Assembly (NCBI GenBank): GCA_951406725.2
Contig: OX597839.1
Coordinates: 27,962,001-28,026,000 of the forward strand
DNA: 64,000 nucleotides
Source: Octopus vulgaris
Taxonomy: Eukaryota
Reading direction: 5' to 3'
Shown: positions 24,235 to 35,937 of the stretch, piece by piece
Layout of the letters: the number at the start of each line of letters is the position of its first letter
How positions within the stretch are numbered: the stretch's first letter is position 1
Position numbers and translations under genes: made by a program
Notes under the pieces: model-generated
Told to the model about the DNA's origin: nothing
Seen by the model: the letters and a program-made list of their open reading frames with translations, nothing else
Databases searched by the model: none

Positions 24235-24771
24235 CATACACACATAGACACCCATACATGGACACACATATACCCATGCATATATACACACACACACACA
24301 CACTTACACTCATACATACGCACACACGCACTCATACATATATGTATATATACACACACACCTATACATATATATATACCAAATCTCCCTCGAATCATGC
24401 ACAACTGTACACACACACACCATACGTACATACATACACATACATATATGTATATACACACACATACACACATATACACACATGCACCTATACATCTATA
24501 TACACATATATACAAAATCACATACACACTTCCCATGCATACACATATACACACATGCACACTCACACACACACATACAAATTTCCATTCTGGGTTTGTA
24601 GAACTGCTACTGAAAAATATAAAAAAAAAAAGACCCCTGCTAACTATAAACTCTGGCTCAGGAAGTTGGAAAAGAGGCCTGTCTGTCTGTCTGTTCAATG
24701 TCCTGGACCTGACACTGCACTGTATTCTTGAGCAGAACACTTCATTTGCACTGCTTGCTTTAATCTACTAT

Positions 24772-25160
24772 GTCTGGCAGTGGTAAGTAGCTTGCTAACC
24801 AACCACATGGTTTCGGGTTCAGTTTTCCACTGCGTGGCACCTTGGGCAAGTGTCTTCTGCTATCCAGCCCCGGGCCAACCACACACAGACAGACAGACAT
24901 AGATATACTTACTCTCTTATATGTGTATATATATGTGTGTGTGTGTGTGTTTGTGTTTGTCCCCCTAGCATTGCTTGACAACCGATGCTGGTGTGTTTAC
25001 GTCCTCGTCACTTAGTGGTTCGGCAAAAGAGACTGATAGAATAAGTACTGGGCTTACAAAGAATTCGCACAGTTGGACAGCAGCTTGATTTGCTCGACTA
25101 AAGGCGGTGCTCCCAGCATGGCCGCAGTCAAATGACTGAAACAAGTAAAAGAGTAAAGAG
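24772..25160 (+). mobile_element. SINE family A, internally rearranged
   Basis: Head and tail match family A; middle replaced by simple repeats. Confidence 0.8.
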
Positions 25161-25456
25161 TATATATATAGGAATCTAAATCGTAGGAGACAGACAGCAC
25201 ACAACCTCACTTTTATATATAATGTATTATTAAAATTTTGTTCTCCTATGTTGAATAGATGAACACATCTATGACAACTGGAACTTCATAAGTGTTAAGC
25301 GCTGATGTTGAACAAGAACCATCAATAAACACCAGTACTAACGCAGATTAACAAATTCTAGGAAAATTCATCGATGTGGAGTTAAACCAGTTTACACCTG
25401 GATGAAATACATCCCTGTGAAAGAGCAGCCTCTTTCCATTCAAAACCTCACATATA

Positions 25457-25509
<53 letters not shown>

Positions 25510-25512
<3 letters not shown>

Positions 25513-26040
25513 CCCGTGGCCTTCTATACAGGATGTAGCCAGTCCACTTATGCATACCTTTCTTTCTTGGGACACAAAACTCTATTTGTGAAGACCTGTT
25601 GAGGCAAGTGAGAATCAGAATCGAAATCGATCAATGGAAATTGCAGCTGAGATACCAGTGCCGGTGGCACGTAAGAGAACCATCCGAACATGGCCATTGC
25701 CAGCGCCGCCCCAACTGGCCTCGTGCCGGTGGCACGTAAAAAGCACCACCCGTTCATGGCCGTTGCCAGCCTCACCTGGCCCCCGTGCCGGTGGCACATA
25801 ATAAGCACCATCCGATCGTGGCCATTTGCCAGACTCGACTGGCACCTGTGCCGGTGGCACGTAAAAAGCACCCACTACTCTCATGGAGTGGTTGGCGTTA
25901 GGAAGGGCATCCAGCCGTAGAAACATTGCCAGATCAGACTGGGCCTGGTGCAGCCTTCTGGCTTCCCAGACCCCAGTTGAACCATCCAACCCATGCCAGC
26001 ATGGAAAGCGGACACTAAACGATGATGATGATGATGATGA

Positions 26041-26043
<3 letters not shown>
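25510..26043 (+). mobile_element. RTE-clade LINE 3' region (family B), longest 3'UTR-type copy
   Basis: Four gtgccggtggcac units, aggaagggcatccagccgtagaaa, (GAT)n tail, flanked by (TA)n. Confidence 0.8.
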
Positions 26044-26087
<44 letters not shown>

Positions 26088-26515
26088 ATGGGTGCAGGCA
26101 TGGCTGCGTGGTGAGAAGCTTGCTTCCCAACCACATTGTTCTGGGTTCAGTCCCACAGCGTGGCACCTTGGACAAGTGTCTTCTACTATAGCCTCGGGCT
26201 TACCAAAGCCTTGTAAGTGGATTTGGTAGATGGAAACTGAAAGAAGCCCATTGTATATATATATATATATATAATAGGTGAGTGTGTGCTAAGAAGCTTA
26301 CTTCCCAGATTCTTCATTATTTTTAACAGAAACATAAAAAACAAAAGACTTTAATATGGTCCAAATTAAATCCTTCCCTCAAAATGTCAAATTAATTTTT
26401 GTCTCAAACACCAAGTTAACAATGATAAAGTTATTTTATTAAATTCTTCATTATTTCCAAAATTTATTGAAACAAAACTACATTTTCAATAGGAATATGG
26501 TAACAATAGTGTTAA

Positions 26516-26773
26516 CCCTTTTGATACTAACCTGGCCAAAACTGGCTCTGGCTCTGTAGTATAAATGTCTTGTTTTCATAAGTTTTTCATTAAAATCTTC
26601 CACCAAACCTTAGTCACAATTTATGATCCTAACAGTAGCTTAATGATAACTAAGTTATTTTACTAAATTCTTTGTTATATATTTTACTAAATTCTTTGTT
26701 ATACTAAATTCTTTGTTATAAAGTAATCGAAAGAAACACAGAGAATCTCAACAGGAATACAGAAATAGAAGGG
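26516..26773. mobile_element. piggyBac-type MITE, second family
   Basis: TTAA|cccttttgatac ... gaaggg|TTAA; near-identical copy at 56383-56604. Confidence 0.82.
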
Positions 26774-27049
26774 TTAAAGTGATCTGATTTAACTTCTTTC
26801 ATCAAAATTCCGTTTAGATTTACGTTCAAAACATCAGCTTAACAATAGCAAAGTTATTTTACTAAGTTCTTTTTTTGTCCCCAAACTGATTGAAGCAAAA
26901 ATAATGTGTTCCAATAGAAATATGGTGACAAAGGCGTTAACCGTTTTGGTCCCACTACATGAGATTGCACCGGGTTTTATGAGACAAACTTCCTGTTTTG
27001 AAGCATTCTAAAATAAATCTTTTTCATTAAGATTTCATGTTCAGTTTAT

Positions 27050-27175
27050 AATAATAATAATAATAATAAACATTTTGTACAGTGCTCAGGTGCACTACAA
27101 CTCATCTAAAGTGTATATATAATCAGGTGTAGTTTTGGCGGATTTCGGAAAGCATGAGGGCCTTAAAGGATGCAT
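27050..27175 (-). mobile_element. CR1-like LINE 3' tail fragment
   Basis: Reverse complement of 60955-61100; shares gtgcacctgagcactgta plus (ATT)n with 15220-15278. Confidence 0.8.
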
Positions 27176-27179
27176 GTTT

Positions 27180-27523
27180 CATTCTTTTATTTGTTTCAGT
27201 CATTTGACTGCGACCATGCTGGGGCACCACTTTTAGTCAAACAAATCGACCCCAGGACTTATTCTTTTATAAGCCTAGTACTTATTCTATCGGTCTCTTT
27301 TGCCGAACTGCTAAGTTAAACACACCAACATCAGTTGTCAAGCAATGGTAGAAGGACAAGCACAGACATGCAAACATAAACATATATACATACGACAGGC
27401 TTCTTTCAGTTTCCATCTACCAAATCCACTCACAAGGCTTGCCCCCAAGGTGCCACACAATGGGACTGAACCTGGAACCATGTGGTTGGTAAGCAAGCTA
27501 CTTGCCACACAGCCACAACGGCA

Positions 27524-27526
<3 letters not shown>
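27180..27526 (-). mobile_element. SINE family A
   Basis: Reverse-complement match with internal deletions. Confidence 0.85.
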
Positions 27527-27564
<38 letters not shown>

Positions 27565-28184
27565 ATAACCCATGTAGCATGGAAAGCGGACGTTAAACGA
27601 TGACGATGATATATATATATATATATACGTTTTACATATGCAGTGCATGTGTGTATATATGTGTGTGAGCATACATACACACATAGATTCCTACTCAGAC
27701 ACACGTACACACACAAGACTACCCTGTGTGACGCTGTCTAAATTCCAATGAAAGAGTTTTGTTTCCAAACTAGAACCCAGTTCTTTCTCCATTGGTGAGA
27801 ATTTTCAAATATGAAACACAAGAAAATGTACATGTGTATGTTTGTATGTGTGTACATGTGTGTGTGTGTGTGTGTACATGCTATGGTGTCCAATACAACA
27901 CCAGCAGCTGCAAGGTTCTTGAGTGAATTATGTTCTCAACAAACCAACCATATATATGTGTGTGTGTATATGTATATATGTATATATATATATATGTGTG
28001 TGCATATATATATACATATAGATACATGCAACTTTGCGTGTGTGTATGTGTATATATATACATGCATATATACATATATGTGTGTATATACATACATATA
28101 TATATATATGTGTGTGTGTATATATATATATGTACATTTATATATATATATATATATATGTTTATACATACTCTACATATACTC

Positions 28185-28231
<47 letters not shown>

Positions 28232-28751
28232 CATACATAAACACATAGACACATATATATATATACATACATATACATTCATATATAGATATATACACAC
28301 GTGTGTATGTGTGTATATATATGTATATATACACGTAGTTTTGCTTGTCTGTCCAGACAACTGCTGTGTGTAGAATGTACGTGCACAACATGCGTAGCTG
28401 AGTGTAATTGTACCTAAATGTTTCCTCGGGGTCTCCAGTGTGAAAACACGACCCAGCCATCTGTCTTGCTTCTACACACTGTAGTTTGTGTATATAACTG
28501 AACATCTTGTTTTCCACTTAAATCCACCCCTCCACCCCTCCCCACCTTCTCCATCCACCCTTTATGCACACCCACACACCCTGATCACGGTGTCACATGG
28601 TGATGAACTTGTTCCTAATCAAACACAATATTATTACAATCTAGGCGAGCATGGTTTCAGACAATGTGTGTGTGTGTGCATATATGTATATGTATGTATG
28701 CATATATATATGTGTGTGTGTATACATATATATATATATATTATGTATATA

Positions 28752-29166
28752 CTCTTTTACTCTTTTAGTTGTTTCAGTCATTTGACTGCAGCCATGCTGG
28801 AGCACCGCCTTTAGTCGAGCAAATCGACCCCGGGACTTATTCTTTGTAAGCCCAGTACTTATTCTATCGGTCTCTTTTGCCGAACCGCTAAGTGATGGGG
28901 ACGTAAACACACCAGCATCGGTTGTCAAGCAATGCTAGGGGGACAAACACACACACACAAACATATACACACACATACATACATATATATATACATATAT
29001 ACGACAGGCTTCTTTCAGTTTCCGTCTACCAAATCCACTCACAAGGCTTTGGTCGGCCCGAGGCTATAGCAGAAGACACTTGCCCAAGATGCCACGCAGT
29101 GGGACTGAACCCAGAACCATGTGTGTGGTAGGCAAGCTACTTACCACACAGCCACTCCTGCGCCTA
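28752..29166 (-). mobile_element. SINE family A, full length
   Basis: Reverse-complement match to family A. Confidence 0.92.
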
Positions 29167-29468
29167 TGTATAAATGTTTATAATATATATACACATATAC
29201 AAAAAATACATACATACATAAATATATATATATAGAGAGAGAGAGAGAGAAATATTAATATTTCTAATTCTCTCTAAAGGAGACTTCGGCAGCGGTACTG
29301 GATATTAATAGTTATCACCAAGCTAACATGGCAGTCCAGAAAAATAGGATGAATGTTGCCACTGATTAGCTCCAAGAGGCCATCGCCTCTAGTTAGCTAT
29401 GTGACACACGAACCTGTGTCCATTATAATCTTCGAACAGGGGAGGTCAGCCGCTTCCCCTTGCTTGTA

Positions 29469-29511
29469 TTTACAGACTAGTTTCGGGGTATTTGACTCTC
29501 ATCAATGTAGA
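29469..29511 (-). ncRNA. Minimal hammerhead motif in the foldback loop
   Basis: Minus strand: tctaca-TTGATGA-gagtcaaatacccc-GAAA-ctag-TC-tgtaaa. Confidence 0.62.
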
Positions 29512-29834
29512 GCAGCCAAACCCAGACCAGCAAGGCGAAGCGGCTGACCTCCCCTGTTCGAAGGTTTTAATGGACACAGGTTCGTGTGTCACATAGCTAG
29601 TTAGAGGCGATGGCCTCTTGGAGCTAATCAACAGCAGCTTTAGTCTTATATTTATGGACTGCCATATTAGTCTGGCAATAACTATTAATATCCAGTACCG
29701 CTGCCGTAGTCTCCTTTAGAGAGACTTAGGAATATTAATATTTATAGTTTTGAAAACCAATGGATGTATTCCACTGAATTTTAAATAATGCTTTGAACAG
29801 ATGGTCAGTCGCGACACCTGCTGGGTTCGGCTGC

Positions 29835-29877
29835 TCTACATTGATGAGAGGCAAATACCCCGAAACTAGTCTGTAGA
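29835..29877 (+). ncRNA. Minimal hammerhead motif
   Basis: tctaca-TTGATGA-gaggcaaatacccc-GAAA-ctag-TC-tgtaga; perfect 6-bp stem I, palindromic stem III actagt, GUC cleavage triplet. Confidence 0.7.
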
Positions 29878-30472
29878 TACCAGACCAGCAAGGGGAAGCG
29901 TTTGACCTCCCCTGTTCGAAGGTTATAATGGACACAGGTTCGTGTGTCACATAGCTAGCTAAAGGCGATGGCCTCTTGGAGCTAATCAACGGCAGCTTTT
30001 GTCCTATATTTATGGACTGCCATATTAGTTTGGCGATAACTTCTCAGACCTACCCTACAATGTCATTCTAAAAATAATTACATTATTGAAATCTCAAAGC
30101 CATGAGATAATACGTGATTAATTCAAGGCAATGTGAAGAAATAAGCATTTCATTTGATAGTAATCTGAATTTTCATTTTCCTTTGGCAGTAATCTCATGT
30201 TGAGCAAAATGTTTGGCAGCATTTCATCCATATTTATTGTTCTGAGTTCAAACTCCACCTGGGCCGACTTTGCCTTTCATCCCCTCAGAATCGATAAAAT
30301 AAGTACTAGTTGAAGACTGGGGTCAACCTAATTGACTAGCTCTCTCTATCAAAAGTGCTGGCCTTGTGCCAAAATTTGAAACCATCATCTCTCTCTCCTT
30401 TTCTCTTTCCATCTCTTTTCCGCTTTCTTTCTCTCCCCCTTTCCACCAATATTCAATATCCAATGTTGATAC

Positions 30473-30697
30473 AGGCGGCAAACTGGCAGAATCGTTAGCA
30501 TGCCGGGCAAAATGCTTAGTGGCATTTCATCTGCCGTTACATTCTGAGTTCAAATTCTGCCATGGTCAACTCTGCCTTTCATCCTTTTGGGGTCGATTAA
30601 ATAAGTACCAGTTATGCACTGAGGTCGATGCAATCGACTTGATCCCTTTTTTGTCCCCTCTATGTTTATCCCCCTGTTGGCAGTTAAGAAATAAATA
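30473..30697 (+). mobile_element. SINE family C
   Basis: Matches 15845 copy; an older copy lies at ~30200-30385. Confidence 0.82.
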
Positions 30698-31159
30698 TGT
30701 TGCTACAGGTTTACTGGATCTTCAAATTAAATATTTTACATTTATGTATTTGTGATATAGAAAATATGAAGAGTTTTCATCAGGATGACTCAAACTAATA
30801 GGTATGCATTCTGAGTGCTCAAATAAGTGTGCCACCAAATTTCCAATTAGAACAGCAGTTGATGTTGTGGTTGTGTGATTATCTTGTTCAAAAACGGCTG
30901 ATGGTGGCATCCCTTTGAGTCAATGGACATTGGTTAAAGTAATGAGGAAAAGCAAACAGTTAGGCAATGCAGGACAAGGAGATTTGATTTCATTGAATTC
31001 AATCTAAAATTTACCTACGTAATGAAAGGTAAACATAGTACCAACTGGTAAAGATAGTCTCTGACAGCTGTTTCTGGGATGTCCCAGCTATTGGAGCATC
31101 GTATCAAGCAAAGGCTCTGTAAGTCAGGTGTTCCATCGTCAGAGAAATATAGATTAGGC

Positions 31160-31470
31160 CAAGGCTGGATTAAGACCCATAGAGGCCCCAAGCACTTGAA
31201 AGGTTTTGGTGCCCTCAAGTATATGTAAATGGTTCAAAATGTAAACAAAAATAAACCATAAAATACATTTTTATTTTTCAAATGAAACCAAATTTATAGA
31301 AAGATGGAAAATAACGTTTGTTTTTGTATTCTTCTATTTTATTTAGATTTGAAAAGATTTCTCCTTCGTTTTTCTTTTCTTTTTTTGCATAGTGTTCGAT
31401 GATATCATTAAAATTAATTTTATGTAAAACTTCTGCTTCTATACTTAGTAGAGATAAGGCATTACAAATA
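31160..31470 (-). mobile_element. hAT transposon 3' end relic
   Basis: ORF 31278-31517 NALSLLSIEAEVLHKINFNDIIEHYAKK resembles the hAT C-terminal dimerisation region; terminus caaggctggattaag. Confidence 0.7.
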
Positions 31471-31842
31471 ATCTTTTCTACTCTAGGCGTGAAATTTCTG
31501 GGAAGGGTACCAGTCAATTAGACCGACCCCAGTATGCAACTAGTACTTAATTTATCAACCTCCGGAAAGATGAAAAGCAAAGTTGACCTCGGTGGAATTT
31601 GAACTCAGAATGTAAAGACAGTTGAAATACCACCAAGTATTTCACTTGGCATGGTAACATTTCTGCCAGCTTAAGGCATTATAAATATTATTTTAGCAAG
31701 TTTAAAGTGATTTCTTTTGTGCTGTAAACCATTTACCATTTCTGTGGTGCCCCTGTCCCTTGATGCTCTGAATGCGTGCTTATTTTGCTTAATGGTTAAT
31801 TCAGCACTGGGTTTGACAGTGGAAAGACTGTTCCTCAACAAT

Positions 31843-32268
31843 GTATTTGTTTTGCAAGATTCTTGATGTGAAATTGTGTATTGAAACAAATATTGTTGTA
31901 TTCGGGGATGGTCGTCTTTTGTCAATTAAACACATGCATTATTTATTTGACCTTCACTTCAGCTTTACAATTATTAGCAGTTGTTATTGTTTATTTGTCA
32001 GAGTTCTTTTGTCACATATTCTGTGACCCCCCCTTCAATGACTGCCTATTCTCCATGTCTCCACTTCTTTCTGATCTTGTCCTGTGAAATAGACAGGACC
32101 AGACCAGAGAGGAGAGGAGACACAAAAACAAAAAAAAACAAAAAAAACAGATAATCACTGAAGAGATCTCAATATGTGATGAAAGAACTTTGCTGATGAA
32201 GTGAAGATCAAATAAACAGTGTGTGTGCGTTCATTGGCAAAATGACCATCCCCAAATATAACGATATC
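31843..32268. mobile_element. Foldback or MITE-like element family G
   Basis: Long imperfect inverted arms (atattgttgtattcggggatggtc / gaccatccccaaatataacgatat) centred near 32088; relatives at 35070 and 37390. Confidence 0.65.
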
Positions 32269-33459
32269 AAATTTTATAATTACTTACATAATCAGACTTT
32301 AGCAACAGGAGAAGCAGTGGCAGCAGCTATATGCAGTCAAAAAATGGTGCCCCAGTAAAAAGATGCCCTTCCTTGTCTCGGTGATTCTGTCATTAAAATG
32401 GTTGAGATGGGGATTAGGAGTGATTAAGGCTGCTCTCTATTATACAAGTTGGGGTTAACCTTCAGCATTTAAGTTTACTGAGTGTAGAGAGCGGTGGGGA
32501 ACGGTGGCGCCTTGTTCTGCCTGGTTGCTAGTAATAACAAAAACAGTACCCCCTGGGGGTGGAAGTTTTGTCTGGAAATGAGTCGTAGTTGTAATGGTGG
32601 TGGTGGTGGTATTAGTGTTTGTAGCAGTCGTAGTAGTGATGCTTTTAAGTTAGTCAAGGCCTGGGACAACTCTGGCCGAAACTGATCTGAGTAGTTGTAG
32701 TGATGATCATAGTGATGGTGGTGGTGGGGGGGGGGAGCTGTTGTTGTTGTGGTGGTGGTGGTGGTGGTGGTGGTGGTGGTGGTGGTGGTTTGTAGTACTG
32801 TGTTTGGGTTGATTTCTCGCACCAACACAAAGCTATACATTTTCAGGGAAAGGCATGCAGTCAACCAAATCAACTTGCACCCAGGAATATGGCTGGTTCT
32901 CATTTTTACTGACCTTGGATGAGATTTTTGTTTTGTTTTCTTTTTTGTTCTCTTTTATATCCATTTTTTTCCTTCTTTTTGCCCAACCAACCTGCTTCAC
33001 ACAAACATATTACTGAAGCACTGCTTTACAGCTGGATGCACTTCTTTTCCTTTTCTCCAACTTTTGCTTCTTTATCGAGGAAGGATTAACTGGATAAGAT
33101 ATAAAGGGTGGATAAGGGAGATGGTCATGTCATGCAGGCCTGGGTACTACAGGAGGTATACAACTGGCCACCCCTGAAGAGCAGAGACTTTGGTAGTAGT
33201 GGTGGTAGTCCTTGTCGTATATTTCCAGATGGTAGCTGTACTCTTAGATGCACATATCCAAGTGATTGCTGTCATCCTTGATATATATGTGCAGGTGCCT
33301 AGAGTCGAAAAGAATATTTGGGCTGTATATGGCCTGTTTCTATACTAAAAGTTTTAGTTAAGAACAGGACACATTGCCCAGTCCAGGAATTGAAACCACA
33401 ATCTTACAATCATGAGTCCAACACTGTTGTAATGTAATTTGTTACATACAATAAATATG

Positions 33460-33846
33460 GATGGAAGCACTCCGTCGGTTCCGACGACGAGGGTTCCGGT
33501 TGATCCGAATCAACGGAACAGCCTGCTCGTGAAATTAACGTGTAAGTGGCCGAGCACTCCACAGACACGTGTACCCTTAACGTAGTTCTCGGAGATATTC
33601 AGCGTGACACAGAGAGTGACAAGGCCGGACCCTTTGAAATACAGGTACAACAGAAACAGGAAGTAAGAGAGAGAAAGTTGTGGTGAAAGAGTACAGCAGG
33701 GATCACCACCATCCCCTGCCGGAGCCTCGTGGAGCTTTTAGGTGTTTTCGCTCAATAAACACTCACAATGCCCAGTCTGGGAATCAAAACCGCGATCCTA
33801 CGACCGCGAGTCCGCTGCCCTAACCACTGGGCCATTGCGCCTCCAC
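33460..33846 (-). mobile_element. tRNA-derived SINE family F, full length
   Basis: Minus head ggaggcgcaatggcccagtggttagggcagcggactcgcggtcg; matches 62029 and 62347 copies. Confidence 0.88.
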
Positions 33847-34272
33847 TATACAATAAATAAGATAACCAGACAACAGTAAAAACAATGTAACGAACTAACA
33901 AATCTCTTTACCAACCAACAATCAATATTTCTTGTGAACCAACCCACACCTTCCGACTTCACTCAACTCCAAACCCTGAACCTTGAACTTGCTCAGATCA
34001 TTACTATTTATACTTCACTTGGACCAGTCTATCTCTTGCAAGGGGGGTGTCGTAAATCTCATCACAACAAAACACCCTAACCACTAAGCCACGTGACTCC
34101 ACTACGGTTGGCTTTGCCTTTCATCCATTTGAGCCCGATAAAATAAATACCAGTCAAGTACTGGGGTTAATGTAACCAACTTCCCCCCTCACCCCCCTCA
34201 AAAATTGCTGGCCCTGTGCCAAAATTTGAAACCATTTTTAATACCTGTTTTCTTCTTCTCTTCTTTCCACAG

Positions 34273-34400
34273 GTAAGTGCAACATCACTTGTCAACGACA
34301 TTCTCCCTAAGAGCGAAACACCAATGGTGCACCATCTGCACAAAAAGAAGGCGAGTATGCGCATGTGCATGTATCGTGCAGCCCTGTGTATGAAGATGAG
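34273..34400 (+). other. Candidate exon or recursive-splice exon of an unidentified host gene
   Basis: About 25-nt pure pyrimidine tract plus CAG, 128 nt of unique sequence open in frame 0 (VSATSLVNDILPKSETPMVHHLHKKKASMRMCMYRAALCMKM), then AG|gtaaag; no recognised homology. Confidence 0.4.
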
Positions 34401-34442
34401 GTAAAGGTGAACTTTTGTTTTCTAAACATATTTCTATAATGT

Positions 34443-34787
34443 TGAAGGCACATGGCTCAGTGGTTAAAGCGTCAGGCGCACAATCATGAGATAGCGAGTT
34501 CAATTCTCTGGGCAGGCTGTGTGTTGTGTTCATGAGCAAGTCTTTTTCTCACAGTTTCCAGTTCATTCAGCTGTAGAAATGAGTTGCAGCATCATTGGTG
34601 CCAAGCTGTATTGGCCCCTTTTTCTTTTCCCTTGGATAACTTTAGTGGTGTAGAGACAGGAGTCTGGTATGCATGGGCAACACCTGGTCTTCTATAAACA
34701 ACCTTGCCCAGACTTGTGCCCCTGAGGGGAACTTTCTAGGTGCAATTCCATGGTCATTCATGACCAAAGGGGGTCTTTACCCTTTAA
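34443..34787 (+). mobile_element. tRNA-derived SINE family E
   Basis: A box tggctcagtgg, B box gagttcaattc, tail ggtctttacccttt. Confidence 0.88.
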
Positions 34788-34940
34788 GATATATATATAT
34801 ATTATATTAAATTAGAGATAAAACCACTATTAGGCAAATCAAACAATGAAAAACTTAAGCCAATATATAAAATAAATTAATTTATATTATTTTAAATATA
34901 TATCAAAAGTATTAAAAGTTTAATAAAAGATAATGAGTAA

Positions 34941-35014
34941 AACACTACGATCGTTTCATGGCTGTCCAATTCGTAATAATTCGAGTTATGGTTACAGTCA
35001 ATCTTCAGGTAATT
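34941..35014 (-). ncRNA. Hammerhead motif with long stem II
   Basis: Minus strand: tac-CTGAAGA-ttgactgt..acagccat-GAAA-cgatcg-TA-gtg; canonical core, weak stem I. Confidence 0.62.
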
Positions 35015-35069
35015 GAAATATTTATCTTAGCGAGGTTTAGCAATGAACTATATATATATGTACGTTTAT

Positions 35070-35331
35070 ATATTTGTTTTGCAAGATTTTTGATGTGAAA
35101 TCGTGTGTTGAAACAGATATTGTGTTTAGGAATGGTCATTTTGCCAGTTCAGCCAATAAAAACACACGCACTATATATAAGAAAGAAGAAAGCAAAGGAC
35201 CACAGATGAGGTCACAGAAGTGTGACGAAAGAACTCTGGCCGAAAAATAAATAACGCTGAAGCAAAGTAACACCAAATATATATAGTGTGTGTTTTTATT
35301 GGCTAAACTGGCAAAATGACCATTCCTAAAT

Positions 35332-35341
<10 letters not shown>
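35070..35341. mobile_element. Foldback or MITE-like element family G
   Basis: About 60-bp inverted repeat tttaggaatggtcattttgccagt..gccaataaaaacacac (35118-35178 vs 35277-35340). Confidence 0.7.
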
Positions 35342-35382
<41 letters not shown>

Positions 35383-35385
<3 letters not shown>

Positions 35386-35610
35386 CTTTACTACCCACAA
35401 GGGGCTAAACACAGAGGGGACAAACAAGGACAGACATACGGATTAAGTCGATTATATCGACCCCAGTGTGTAACTGGTACTTAATTTATCGACACCGAAA
35501 GGATGAAAGGCAAAGTCGACCTCAGCGGAATTTGAACTCAGAACATAACATTAGACGAAATACGGCTACGCATTTTGCCCGGCGTGCTAAAGTTTCTGCC
35601 AGCTCGCCAC

Positions 35611-35612
<2 letters not shown>
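35383..35612 (-). mobile_element. SINE family C inserted in (TA)n
   Basis: Full-length reverse-complement match. Confidence 0.9.
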
Positions 35613-35697
<85 letters not shown>

Positions 35698-35846
35698 AAA
35701 AGCAATAAAGATTCAAGTTAATTTAAATGAATTTACTTGAATATGGTACTTAACTTAGATGCACCAAAACAAAAACTATACTGATTTAACAATACAGTAA
35801 TGTGGGGTGATTATAATCGAGAAAGAAGCAACAAGAATGGATAGGT

Positions 35847-35937
35847 TTTTAGTACAATCGTTTCATACAAGGACAGGCTTTATTAAAAGTTGCAAAAATT
35901 ACAGCATATAAACGTGTCCCGTACTCATCAGCTAAAA
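35847..35937 (-). ncRNA. Hammerhead ribozyme, canonical core, long stem II
   Basis: Minus strand: ttttag-CTGATGA-gtacgggaca..tgtccttgtat-GAAA-cgattg-TA-ctaaaa; 6-bp stem I, about 10-bp proximal stem II. Confidence 0.8.

Larger units (their letters stand above)
29250..30041. mobile_element. Penelope-like or retrozyme-like non-coding element: foldback plus tandem 358-nt unit
   Basis: 29250-29464 is the inverted repeat of 29529-29743; cagaccagcaagg at 29523 and 29881 starts two direct repeats; two hammerhead motifs in opposite orientation. Confidence 0.75.

Noticed and set aside
25658-25872. Palindromic repeat plus semi-variable spacer pattern resembling CRISPR
   Set aside because: The spacers are homologous to each other, and the array is part of a dispersed LINE 3'UTR ending in (GAT)n.
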